Of a DNA stretch of 64,000 nt, positions 17,752 to 26,433 are shown one piece after another. Within the stretch, counting starts at the first letter, position 1, and each line of letters starts with the position of its first letter. The notes beneath the pieces are model-generated. The model did no database searches. It was given only the letters and a program-made list of their open reading frames with translations, and was not told where the DNA came from. This stretch comes from Candidatus Pacearchaeota archaeon (GTDB taxonomy: Archaea > Nanobdellota > Nanobdellia > Pacearchaeales > JAPDKA01): contig JAWBVE010000001.1 of NCBI GenBank assembly GCA_038840695.1, positions 108,896 to 172,895 on the forward strand, written 5' to 3'. The position numbers and the translations under genes were made by a program.

Positions 17752-18564
17752 CTACTTTCTAGAGAAATTGTTAGAAAAATTTTCTTGTCTTATGGCTACA
17801 GCCTCCTTAAATTTTAAGAGTGAATCAACAACAAAGAGCATGAATCGCTCTGTAGATTTTAAAATTTCACACCCTGCACTTTCAATTATTATCGTGTGGC
17901 CATTATTATAAATTCTCGACTGATTTGTTCCACCATACTTTAGTAGGATGACAGTAGCATTATTTGTTTTTGCCCATCCATAATCATTAATCACAATAAA
18001 GCTCTTGTAAGTAGGCTCAGTGTAATTTTCATACCAAACTGCTACTTCACCCTTGACTTGAATAGCCGCCAAAAATTCGCCAAGCTTGTAAGAGGCAAGC
18101 AAAAGTTCTGAACAATTTTTATCGTCAAAAGCTTTGTCTATAGCGATATAAGTTAAAGCTTTTATTTCATCAACATCAAGCTCAATAGCTGTTTTGTCTT
18201 TTCTGTTATAATTTTCTCGAGGATCATTTCTAAGGAAAAGCCTATAAGTTATATTATATTTTGGCAAAAAAATTTCAGAATGATAAATCAAGAGCCTATT
18301 GCCATTTAGCATTTCACCAAAATCCTCAACGAGCCATTCAAGTCCAGCATAAGAGAAGTTCTCAATAATTTTAACTTTAGGCTTAGGCCTCAAAGCAAAA
18401 AATAAAACACTCACTATTAGTATTGCTATAACAACAAAAATTATTACTCTAACTATTAGCCTCTTTGTTAATCTCTTTTTTGGCTTTTCTCTTGTTTTTT
18501 CTCTTTTTTTGTCTTCTCCTTCTTTTTTCCTCTCTTCTTTTGCTTTTGCCATATTATAAGGCAA
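17752..18564 (-). CDS. membrane-anchored hypothetical protein (K/E-rich N-terminus, one TM helix, extracytoplasmic domain)
   Basis: 270 aa. Basic, K/E-rich head, then TM VIIFVVIAILIVSVLFFAL, then a globular domain. Confidence 0.45.
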   Translation of the reverse strand: MPYNMAKAKEERKKEGEDKKREKTREKPKKRLTKRLIVRVIIFVVIAILIVSVLFFALRPKPKVKIIENFSYAGLEWLVEDFGEMLNGNRLLIYHSEIFLPKYNITYRLFLRNDPRENYNRKDKTAIELDVDEIKALTYIAIDKAFDDKNCSELLLASYKLGEFLAAIQVKGEVAVWYENYTEPTYKSFIVINDYGWAKTNNATVILLKYGGTNQSRIYNNGHTIIIESAGCEILKSTERFMLFVVDSLLKFKEAVAIRQENFSNNFSRK

Positions 18565-18634
18565 AGGTTAAAAGCTAAAAGCATAAAAGCTTTATTTTTC
18601 TTCTTTTTCCTCTCCCCCCTTTCTTTTTATTCTT

Positions 18635-18790
18635 TTATTTCTTTTTTCCTATTATCTTATAAACACTTGTGCCGCACACCGCACACTTTCCTTTCACAGC
18701 CCACACACCTGGCTTTATTTCTACTTCCTGTGCCTCAACGACGTCGCGCTCTTGCTTACATTTCATGCATCTTGCTTTATATTCTACCAT
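18635..18790 (-). CDS. small zinc-ribbon protein, DUF5679-like (51 aa; below the ORF-track size cutoff)
   Basis: Hand translation: MVEYKARCMKCKQERDVVEAQEVEIKPGVWAVKGKCAVCGTSVYKIIGKKK. The CxxC...CxxC spacing and the KG-KC-x-CG-T pattern match DUF5679 as I remember it. Confidence 0.55.
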   Translation of the reverse strand: MVEYKARCMKCKQERDVVEAQEVEIKPGVWAVKGKCAVCGTSVYKIIGKKK

Positions 18791-18909
18791 TTTATTTAGT
18801 TAACTCTTAATTTTTAAATTTATCTAAAAAGTAGCCAAACAGCCAAGCATCAAAGAATAAATCAAAATTAAAAAATTAAAAAATTAAAAAGAAGGGCACT
18901 TCATTAGTT

Positions 18910-19218
18910 ATGGACTATCGAGAGCTGCATGCAAAAGCTGAAGATTGGATTTTTGAAAAATTGAAGGCAAAAGGCCATAAAGTGCTAAAAGAAGCGGCAA
19001 AAAATCATGAGGTAGTTTTTGATGTTTATGATGCGAGTACAGATACAGCATATGAAGTGCTGACAGCCAAATTTTTTCGCTCAGCGCATGAGCAGGACGA
19101 AATGATTATTTACAAAATTTTTCATTATCTGCTCCTTGTAAGGCGGCTTAGATTTTATATTGTTAGCTATGACAGGCAAGAGCTTGAGCTTTTCCATAGG
19201 CTTGGCCTGGAGCATTGA
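18910..19218 (+). CDS. hypothetical protein, possible PD-(D/E)XK-like core; in frame with the next ORF
   Basis: 102 aa. FDVYD...AYEVLTAK resembles a D...ExK nuclease motif (weak). The TGA at 19216 is followed by an open, same-frame continuation. Confidence 0.35.
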   Translation: MDYRELHAKAEDWIFEKLKAKGHKVLKEAAKNHEVVFDVYDASTDTAYEVLTAKFFRSAHEQDEMIIYKIFHYLLLVRRLRFYIVSYDRQELELFHRLGLEH

Positions 19219-19236
19219 CATCTTTCTTCAGAAGGC

Positions 19237-19587
19237 TTGTTTAATAAGAAAGTTGGCAATTTGATCTATCATAGAGGCAAAAGCGCTTTGCAAATAGCAA
19301 ACAAAATTTTTAATGCATTGGTTAAGTTTGCTCCCCTCGAGGAATGGATAAAGAAAGGAAGAAGAAATGCACCAGGACATAAAAAGAGTGATGTTGCCAG
19401 GCCATTTGTTGCTTTAACAAAAAAGCTAGGCTTGCCGAAAAATTTTCTTATTGGTTTGTGGCGAGATTGGAGACTACTTTGGGTTTGGCGCCTCGAATAT
19501 CTCTTGCCACTGTGGCCAAGACGGAATGAAATTTTGAAGAAGGGAATAGGCCCAGAGCTCATGGCAAAAATTCCGAAGAGAGAATAG
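19237..19587 (+). CDS. hypothetical protein (TTG start in the ORF track); same frame as 18910..19218
   Basis: 116-aa ORF. No ATG start. May be the 3' part of a disrupted 226-codon gene. Confidence 0.25.
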   Translation: MFNKKVGNLIYHRGKSALQIANKIFNALVKFAPLEEWIKKGRRNAPGHKKSDVARPFVALTKKLGLPKNFLIGLWRDWRLLWVWRLEYLLPLWPRRNEILKKGIGPELMAKIPKRE

Positions 19588-19636
19588 CCTGAAAAGCTTC
19601 AGAGCTTTGCAGAATTCCAAGCCCATCCCTTACAAG

Positions 19637-20587
19637 TTACCAATAAACATTAACTTTTTTCACAACACTTCCTTTTGATAGTGCAATTGTTTTGTCAAGA
19701 CTTATTGAATTTTCAAGCTCGAGAATTGAGCTATAAAGTTGCCTTAGTTGTTCATAGCTATAAGCACTTTTTCCTTCATTAAATTTTTTCGCTTCTTCAT
19801 TGTAAAATTTTATGCATTTGTCATAAAGCTCTATGCATTCAGAAAAAGCTGAAAAATAGCCATATGAGAGAATATTATGCTTAATGTATTTTATGCCGTC
19901 AATCAGGCTTTCACAGTCCAGCTTGCAATCAGGAATTTCCTCACTCGCTTTTTCGATAGCAATAACACCGTAGGGCTTTCCTTTCTCGATGTAAGCAATT
20001 TTGTCAAAGCCGCTTCCATTTTCATCACCAGTTGCATCAATATAAACGATGCCTCTATCTGTCTGAAATGCATTGAGCATGTGCCCAATACTTTCATTTT
20101 CAAATTCAATTTCTACAATGCCTACATTAATCCCGAGTAGTCTTGCATTTTTCCATAAGGTTAGTGCAAAGCCAGTGCAATCAAAACTTTCCTTGTCATA
20201 AATTAAGAAATTTGTGCCATCAAGCTTGAGAAAAGTTTTAAGCTCGGCAAAGCTTATATTAACTTTTTCTTTTTCCTTTTCACGCGTCAGATTTTGAAAA
20301 AAAGCCTCTAGTTGCTTGGATTCAGTTTTTAGCTTATCAATACTTAGCTTTAACTCATTGAGCTTTGCTTCCATTTCAGCTAGTTTTTGTTCTTTTTCTC
20401 GCAACTCAGAGCTTAGCTGATTTAGCTGTACTGTCTTTCTCACATTACTAAAAATCAAAAGCGCGAGAATAATAAATAATACAACAAGAAGAAAAAAATT
20501 AATTGTTAATTTGAAAATCAATGCCTTCTTAGCCTTCAGTGCCTTCACAGCCTTCACAGCCTTTTTCATTTTTTTCATTTTTTTCAT
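19637..20587 (-). CDS. membrane-anchored coiled-coil protein with a putative transglutaminase-like Cys-His-Asp domain
   Basis: 316 aa. Basic N-terminus, one TM helix, a coiled coil, then FDCTGFA...GHMLNAF...YIDATGD, which resembles a papain/transglutaminase-like triad. Confidence 0.4.
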   Translation of the reverse strand: MKKMKKMKKAVKAVKALKAKKALIFKLTINFFLLVVLFIILALLIFSNVRKTVQLNQLSSELREKEQKLAEMEAKLNELKLSIDKLKTESKQLEAFFQNLTREKEKEKVNISFAELKTFLKLDGTNFLIYDKESFDCTGFALTLWKNARLLGINVGIVEIEFENESIGHMLNAFQTDRGIVYIDATGDENGSGFDKIAYIEKGKPYGVIAIEKASEEIPDCKLDCESLIDGIKYIKHNILSYGYFSAFSECIELYDKCIKFYNEEAKKFNEGKSAYSYEQLRQLYSSILELENSISLDKTIALSKGSVVKKVNVYW

Positions 20588-20636
20588 TTTTCATCTTTGA
20601 AACTAAATGTAGGAAACTTAAAAACTTTTGGCAACC

Positions 20637-20652
20637 GAAAAGTTTTTAAATA
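20637..20652 (+). promoter_or_regulatory. BRE/TATA-like promoter (GAAAAGTTTTTAAATA)
   Basis: Centred about 24 nt upstream of the ATG at 20671. Confidence 0.4.
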
Positions 20653-20670
20653 TATACTTTATGTATACAC

Positions 20671-21093
20671 ATGAAGGATATATTTGAAGGAATTATTTTA
20701 TGCAGTGAGTGTGGGAGGAAAATGGAGAAGGGCTTTGTAGTTAGGGACGGCTTTAGGCTTAGATATGCACATTGCAATAATTGCAATGAGCGACTTTGGC
20801 ATCCAGGAGATATAGCAGAATACAAGCATTTTAAAAATTTAAAGCAAAAAGAATTTAGAGTTAAGTTGAGGCTGGTAGGAAATAGTTATGCTGTAAGTAT
20901 TCCGAGAGAAATAATAAGATTTATGCAAGCAATTGAAAGTAAAGTGAGGGATGAAGTTAGGTTAATGTTGGATGAGATGGGAAAGTTAAGTGTAATTTTT
21001 AGTGATAGCATAAATGCTAGAAATGCTGAAAATGCTTATACTGAGGAGAAAAGGAAAGGATTAAAAAGAAAAATAAAATTAAATATAAAATAA
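20671..21093 (+). CDS. zinc-ribbon plus AbrB/SpoVT-type DNA-binding domain protein
   Basis: 140 aa. CSECG...CNNC, then LRLVGNSYAVSIPREIIRFM, which is typical of a SpoVT-AbrB swapped hairpin. Confidence 0.55.
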   Translation: MKDIFEGIILCSECGRKMEKGFVVRDGFRLRYAHCNNCNERLWHPGDIAEYKHFKNLKQKEFRVKLRLVGNSYAVSIPREIIRFMQAIESKVRDEVRLMLDEMGKLSVIFSDSINARNAENAYTEEKRKGLKRKIKLNIK

Positions 21094-21102
21094 ATAAATA
21101 AA

Positions 21103-23367
21103 ATGACAGAGCAAATAAGTCAAATCAGGCTAAAAGTTGTTGAAGCATTGCAGGATGATGCCTATAAAGGGATAGCTAGAATAGATAGGGGTTTAATGAA
21201 GCAATTAGGCGTTAATCCTGGAGATGTGATAAGTATAAAGGGCCAGAGAGAGACAGTTGCTATCGTTGACAGAGCTTATCCTGTTGATATTGGCGAGCCT
21301 ATAATAAGAATAGATGGCATTATAAGAAAAAATGCTAAAGCAAGTGTGGGCGATTTTGTTATTGTTAAGCGTGTAGAAGCAAAGGAAGCAGAAAAAATTA
21401 CTATAGCCCCTGCACAAAAAGGCATAACAGTTAGAATGAGTCCTGAGTTGCTTAGGTCAGGGCTCATCGGAAGGGCTTTTGTGAAGGGAGATCTTTTTGT
21501 TCTTAGTGGCAGAAAAAGACATGCAATAGAGGATGATGAATTTGAAAATATTCTTGGAGCATTTAGAGAAGCCTTTGGAGCTTCGTTTGGTTTTCCTTTT
21601 ACTTCTACAAGATTTGTTGTTGTGAATTTGAAGCCTAAAGAGGCATGTATTGTAACAGATAGGACTGAAATAGAGCTCTTGCCGAGAGCAGTTGAAATTA
21701 TAGAAGAAAAAGTCCCAGAAATTACTTATGAAGATATAGGGGGCTTAGATGAAGAAATAAAGAAAATTAGAGAGATGGTTGAGCTACCATTAAAGCATCC
21801 AGAAATCTTTGAGAAGCTAGGCATAGAGCCGCCAAAAGGAGTTTTACTTTATGGTCCGCCGGGAACAGGCAAAACATTACTTGCTAAGGCAGTAGCTAAT
21901 GAAAGTGAAGCCAATTTTTATAGTATAGCAGGGCCTGAAATTATGAGTAAATTTTATGGTGAAAGTGAAAAGCGAATAAGAGATATATTTGAGGAAGCTG
22001 AAAAAAGTGCTCCAAGCATTATTTTTATTGATGAAATAGATGCAATAGCACCAAAACGAGAGGAAAGTTATGGAGAAGTCGAGAGACGTGTTGTAAGTCA
22101 GCTTTTAACTATGATGGATGGTCTTAAGTCGAGAGGAAAAGTTATTGTTATAGCTGCTACAAACAGGCCTAATGCAATCGATCCGGCTTTGAGAAGGCCT
22201 GGAAGATTTGATAGAGAAATAGCTATAAATGTGCCAAATAAAAAAGCAAGATTAGAAATATTAAAGATACACACAAGAAATATGCCTCTTGACAAAGATG
22301 TTGATCTTGATAAAATCGCAAGCATTACGCATGGCTTTGTTGGAGCAGATCTTGCGGCATTATGTAAAGAAGCTGCAATGTCAACATTGAGGCGTGTTAT
22401 ACCAAGTCTTGATTTGGAGAAGGAAGAACTCTCCCCAGAGATTTTGGAAAAGTTAAAAGTTACAATGAAAGATTTTAATAATGCATTAAGACTTGTAAGG
22501 CCAAGTGCTATGCGTGAAGTTCTCGTAGAGAGCCCGAATGTTAGATGGAAAGACATAGGTGGCTTAGAAGAAGCAAAACAAGCTTTAAAAGAAGCTGTCG
22601 AATGGCCTCTTAAAAATCCAGAAGCATTTAAAAGGCTAGGCATAGAACCACCAAAAGGAGTTTTACTTTATGGTCCGCCGGGAACAGGCAAAACATTACT
22701 TGCTAAGGCAGTAGCTACTGAAAGCGAAGCTAATTTTATTTATGTTGCTGGTCCAAGTTTGCTTAGCAAGTGGGTCGGCGAGAGTGAGAAAGGAATAAGA
22801 CAAGTTTTTGAAAGAGCGCGACAAGTTGCTCCTTGCATAATTTTCTTTGACGAGATTGATGCAATAGCGAGCAAAAGAGGCTATGATGTAAACAGAACAA
22901 CAGAACGAATGTTAAATCAATTACTTGCTGAGATGGATGGCTTGCAAGAGATTAAGGGAATAGTTGTTATTGGTGCAACAAATAGACCAGACATTCTTGA
23001 TTCTTCATTACTTAGACCTGGTAGATTTGATAAGCTAATTTTTATAGGCCCTCCAGATGAGGCATCACGATTAGAAATTTTGAAAATACATACAAAAGAC
23101 ATGCCTCTTGCAAAAAATGTTGATCTAGCAGCTTTAGCAAAGCTAACAGAGAACTATAGTGGAGCTGATCTAGCTGCTATATGTAAAGAAGCAGGCTTAG
23201 CTGCACTTCGCGAAAACATGAATGCTAAAGAAGTAAAACTCAAGCATTTCCAAGAGGCGATGAAAAAGATAAAGCCGAGCATAACAAAAGAAGAAGCAGC
23301 CCGTTATAAAAACATAGAGAAAAAAATCCGAGAAAGTGAGAGCAAAGGGGTTAGCTATACTGGATAA
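21103..23367 (+). CDS. cdc48: CDC48/VCP-like AAA+ ATPase
   Basis: 754 aa. N-domain plus two AAA modules, each with GPPGTGKTLLAKAVA and a DEIDA Walker B. Confidence 0.95.
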   Translation: MTEQISQIRLKVVEALQDDAYKGIARIDRGLMKQLGVNPGDVISIKGQRETVAIVDRAYPVDIGEPIIRIDGIIRKNAKASVGDFVIVKRVEAKEAEKITIAPAQKGITVRMSPELLRSGLIGRAFVKGDLFVLSGRKRHAIEDDEFENILGAFREAFGASFGFPFTSTRFVVVNLKPKEACIVTDRTEIELLPRAVEIIEEKVPEITYEDIGGLDEEIKKIREMVELPLKHPEIFEKLGIEPPKGVLLYGPPGTGKTLLAKAVANESEANFYSIAGPEIMSKFYGESEKRIRDIFEEAEKSAPSIIFIDEIDAIAPKREESYGEVERRVVSQLLTMMDGLKSRGKVIVIAATNRPNAIDPALRRPGRFDREIAINVPNKKARLEILKIHTRNMPLDKDVDLDKIASITHGFVGADLAALCKEAAMSTLRRVIPSLDLEKEELSPEILEKLKVTMKDFNNALRLVRPSAMREVLVESPNVRWKDIGGLEEAKQALKEAVEWPLKNPEAFKRLGIEPPKGVLLYGPPGTGKTLLAKAVATESEANFIYVAGPSLLSKWVGESEKGIRQVFERARQVAPCIIFFDEIDAIASKRGYDVNRTTERMLNQLLAEMDGLQEIKGIVVIGATNRPDILDSSLLRPGRFDKLIFIGPPDEASRLEILKIHTKDMPLAKNVDLAALAKLTENYSGADLAAICKEAGLAALRENMNAKEVKLKHFQEAMKKIKPSITKEEAARYKNIEKKIRESESKGVSYTG

Positions 23368-23407
23368 GAGCTAGCTTAATGCTTGAAGATAGAGACTTTG
23401 GCATCTC

Positions 23408-23423
23408 AAAAAACTTTATAAAC
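23408..23423 (+). promoter_or_regulatory. BRE/TATA-like promoter of the ribosomal-protein cluster (AAAAAACTTTATAAAC)
   Basis: The TATA core at 23415..23422 is centred about 26 nt upstream of the uL3 ATG (23444). Confidence 0.5.
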
Positions 23424-23443
23424 ACTTCTCTTTTTTAACTAAA

Positions 23444-24436
23444 ATGCCAAAGCACAGCAAGCCGAGAGCTGGAAGTCTTCAATTTTGGCCGAGAAAAAGA
23501 GCAGCAAAGTTAGTGCCAAGAGTAAACTGGAAGCCTCTAGAAGAAAAATATGCAAATAGTGAGGCGAAGCCACTAGGCATTTTAGGCTATAAGGTAGGAA
23601 TGATAGACGTAATTGCAAGAGATGAAAAGCCAACTAGCCTCGTGAAGGGTCAAGAAGTAGTACTTCCGGCAAGCATAATTGAATTTGCTCCAATGGCAAT
23701 TCTTGCTGTAAGATTTTATAAAGGAAATAAAAACATTAAAGATGTATTAAACACACTTAGCCTTGATTACAAGTGGTTAAGTAGAAAGATAAAGGTAAGC
23801 AAAAAGAAAAAAAGTAAAGAAGAATTGATAAAAGAAATAGAAGAATGCGCCAAAGAGGCAGATAAGATAAGACTAATTATTTTTACAAAACCAAAGGTTC
23901 TTGGCTTTAAAAAGGCTCCAGATATTTTTGAAACAGCCCTCGGAGGAAGCAAAGAGGCACAGCTTGAGTGGATAAAGGCTAATATCGATAAAGAACTTAA
24001 TGCAAGAGATTTATTAAAGCCAAAATTACTTGTTGATGTGAGAGGTGTTACAAAAGGTAAGGGAACAGCAGGGCCAATAAAAAGATTCGGTATAGGAAGA
24101 AAACAGCATAAGAGTGAAAAAGGAGTTAGAAGGCCAGGAAGTCTTGGACCTTGGAATCCAAGCAAAGTGCGCTTTAGTGTGCCAATGATGGGTCAACTCG
24201 GCTTCTTTAGCAGAGTAGAATATAATAAATATCTGCTTGATGTAGGAAATGCTAAAGAGAAATCAATAAATAAGAAAGGAGGTTTTTTACATTATGGTGA
24301 TGTAAAGAATGATTTTGCAATTGTTAAGGGAAGCGTAGTTGGCCCAGCAAAGAGGCCACTCCTCATTACTTTTCCATTAAGGCCAAGTAATAAAGCCCTC
24401 AAACAAAATTATCAACTTGTTAAATTAAATTATTAA
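23444..24436 (+). CDS. rpl3: 50S ribosomal protein uL3
   Basis: 330 aa. KPRAGSLQFWPRKRA and GVTKGKGTAGPIKRFG. Confidence 0.95.
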   Translation: MPKHSKPRAGSLQFWPRKRAAKLVPRVNWKPLEEKYANSEAKPLGILGYKVGMIDVIARDEKPTSLVKGQEVVLPASIIEFAPMAILAVRFYKGNKNIKDVLNTLSLDYKWLSRKIKVSKKKKSKEELIKEIEECAKEADKIRLIIFTKPKVLGFKKAPDIFETALGGSKEAQLEWIKANIDKELNARDLLKPKLLVDVRGVTKGKGTAGPIKRFGIGRKQHKSEKGVRRPGSLGPWNPSKVRFSVPMMGQLGFFSRVEYNKYLLDVGNAKEKSINKKGGFLHYGDVKNDFAIVKGSVVGPAKRPLLITFPLRPSNKALKQNYQLVKLNY

Positions 24437-24449
24437 AAAATTAAGAAAG

Positions 24450-25340
24450 ATGGCAAAGGCAGACGTTTTTAACGAAGAAGGCGAGAAGATTAGGGAGATG
24501 GAGTTGCCTAAATACTTTGATCTTCCTTATAGAGAAGATATAATAAATAAGGTTTATGAGGCATTAAAGCTTAATGCAAGAGCGGCTATTGGTAGATATG
24601 CACTAGCTGGAAAAGAGACAAGTGCAAGCGGCAAAGTAAGACATGTAAGGCGTCGCTACAGAACAGCTTATGGCAGAGGCATTAGCAGAGTGCCAAGAAA
24701 AATTTTGCTAAGAAGAAAGCCTCAAGGTTTTTATTGGGTAGGTGCTTTTATTCCGAGTGCTAGAGGAGGTTATCGTGCACATCCTCCAAAGCCTTTAAGG
24801 AGAGAATTAAAAATAAATAAGAAAGAAAAATTTCTTGCTTTGCTTTATGCACTTTCTGCAACTGCAAACAAAGATATTGTAAAAAAAAGATACAAAAGTT
24901 TGCAAAGAAGTTTACAGCGATTGAAGGAGCTACAGAAATCGGGAGAGGAAAAAATACCAAATCTACCAATTCTTCTCGACATAAGCTTGGAGAAAATTAA
25001 AAAAGCAAAAGAACTAAAAGAAATTATAGAAAAAGTTTTCCAAAATTTTCCAGCTCTAAAAGAGATTATTTTTAAAAAAAGAAAAGTAAGGGCTGGGAAA
25101 GGAAAGCTTCGAGGAAGACGTTATAAAAGTTCAGCAGGCTTGTTGCTTGTTGTTTCGAATAGCGAATTTAAACCTCTTAAAACTACAGGAATAGCAATAG
25201 CAAAAGCGTCTAACCTTAGCCTCAAGGAGCTTGCGCCAGGCAACATTCCAGGCAGACTAACAGCCTTTACAGTGCAAGGATTTAATGAGTTAAATTCAAG
25301 AATAAATGCTCAAGCAGAAAAGTTAAATTTAAAAATTTGA
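24450..25340 (+). CDS. rpl4: 50S ribosomal protein uL4
   Basis: 296 aa. Position after uL3 and the RAGKGKLRGRRY motif. Somewhat longer than typical archaeal uL4 (K/E-rich internal segment). Confidence 0.9.
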   Translation: MAKADVFNEEGEKIREMELPKYFDLPYREDIINKVYEALKLNARAAIGRYALAGKETSASGKVRHVRRRYRTAYGRGISRVPRKILLRRKPQGFYWVGAFIPSARGGYRAHPPKPLRRELKINKKEKFLALLYALSATANKDIVKKRYKSLQRSLQRLKELQKSGEEKIPNLPILLDISLEKIKKAKELKEIIEKVFQNFPALKEIIFKKRKVRAGKGKLRGRRYKSSAGLLLVVSNSEFKPLKTTGIAIAKASNLSLKELAPGNIPGRLTAFTVQGFNELNSRINAQAEKLNLKI

Positions 25341-25446
25341 TAAAAAAGCAAGGCCAAAATAAAAAAATCAAAATAAATAAAAAACAAAAACAAACAAAAA
25401 CAAACAAAAATAAAAAGCAAACACGAAATAAATCAATCAAGGTAAA

Positions 25447-25689
25447 ATGATATTAATAAAGCCGATATTGAGTGAGAAGGCGCTTAGGCTGATGGAAGCT
25501 GAAAATAAGATAGTTTTTGAAGTTCAACGTAATTCTAACAAGCAAGAAATAAAGCAGGAATTTGAAAAAACTTTCAATGTAAAAGTGGCTAAAGTTAATA
25601 CACATATTCTAAAAGGGAAAAAAATTGCATACATAAAAATTAAGGAAGGCAAGGCTCTTGATATAGCGGCCAAGCTTGGATTGATTTAA
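25447..25689 (+). CDS. rpl23: 50S ribosomal protein uL23
   Basis: 80 aa. ILIKPILSEKALRLMEAENKIVFEV, and its position in the cluster. Confidence 0.9.
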   Translation: MILIKPILSEKALRLMEAENKIVFEVQRNSNKQEIKQEFEKTFNVKVAKVNTHILKGKKIAYIKIKEGKALDIAAKLGLI

Positions 25690-25731
25690 TTTAATTAAAA
25701 AAGATAAAAAGGAAAAAGACAAATTAAAAAA

Positions 25732-26358
25732 ATGAGTGATTTTTCTTATATTTATATAGACGAAAGCGGTGATTTAGGCTTGCATGGAAGTAAATATTTT
25801 GTTATTGCTGCTATTGCGGTAAATGAACCTAAAATTTTGAGTAGAATAATTAAAAAAATAAGGCAAAGAAAATTAGAAAAGAAAATTAAAAAGTTAGTAG
25901 AACTAAAAGCAAATAATTCAAATAAAAAAATTAGGGAATATATTCTTAAAAAAGTAAAAAATTCAGATTGTAATATTTTTGCGGTTGTAGTGAATAAATC
26001 GAAAATTTTATCACAATTATATGAAGTAAAAGATAAACTCTATAATTATTTGTGTGGTATCCTTATGGATCGAATAATCCTCCCAAGATATAAAATAATG
26101 ATCATAATAGATAAAAAACATACAAACACATTAATCAGAGAAGATTTTAATAACTATATACAAAAGAAAATAAAAAATAAAGATCCTGGTTTAAAAATTG
26201 AGATTTTTCATAAACCTTCTTATATGTCAAATGAATTACAAGTTACGGATTTTGTAGCTTGGGCTATAAATAGAAAATTCAGTTTTGGTGATAATTATTA
26301 TTACAGCATTATCGAAAACAAAATAATAAACAAAGAAAATATGTTATTATGGAAATAA
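25732..26358 (+). CDS. DUF3800-family protein (uncharacterised) inserted in the r-protein cluster
   Basis: 208 aa. N-terminal YIYIDESGDLG and C-terminal LQVTDFVAWAI match the DES and QxxD motifs that define DUF3800. Confidence 0.7.
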   Translation: MSDFSYIYIDESGDLGLHGSKYFVIAAIAVNEPKILSRIIKKIRQRKLEKKIKKLVELKANNSNKKIREYILKKVKNSDCNIFAVVVNKSKILSQLYEVKDKLYNYLCGILMDRIILPRYKIMIIIDKKHTNTLIREDFNNYIQKKIKNKDPGLKIEIFHKPSYMSNELQVTDFVAWAINRKFSFGDNYYYSIIENKIINKENMLLWK

Positions 26359-26361
26359 AAT

Positions 26362-26433
26362 GTGGACCCAAGCTAGTTATAAAGTGAAAGCGTGCACCAT
26401 TCCGGTACACATACCTAGCTTGGACTTACCCAC
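26362..26433 (+). other. nested inverted repeat / candidate structured RNA element downstream of DUF3800
   Basis: Outer stems GTGG (26362-65)/CCAC (26430-33) and CCAAGCTAG (26368-76)/CTAGCTTGG (26415-23). They enclose the hairpin GTGCACC-ATTCC-GGTACAC (26392-26410, one mismatch). Confidence 0.3.

Noticed and set aside
19216-19218. UGA recoding (alternative genetic code) as an explanation for the in-frame TGA
   Set aside because: TGA clearly terminates well-conserved genes in this window at the expected protein ends (thrS at 7823-7825, rps3, rtcA, the wHTH gene). A global reassignment is therefore not supported.
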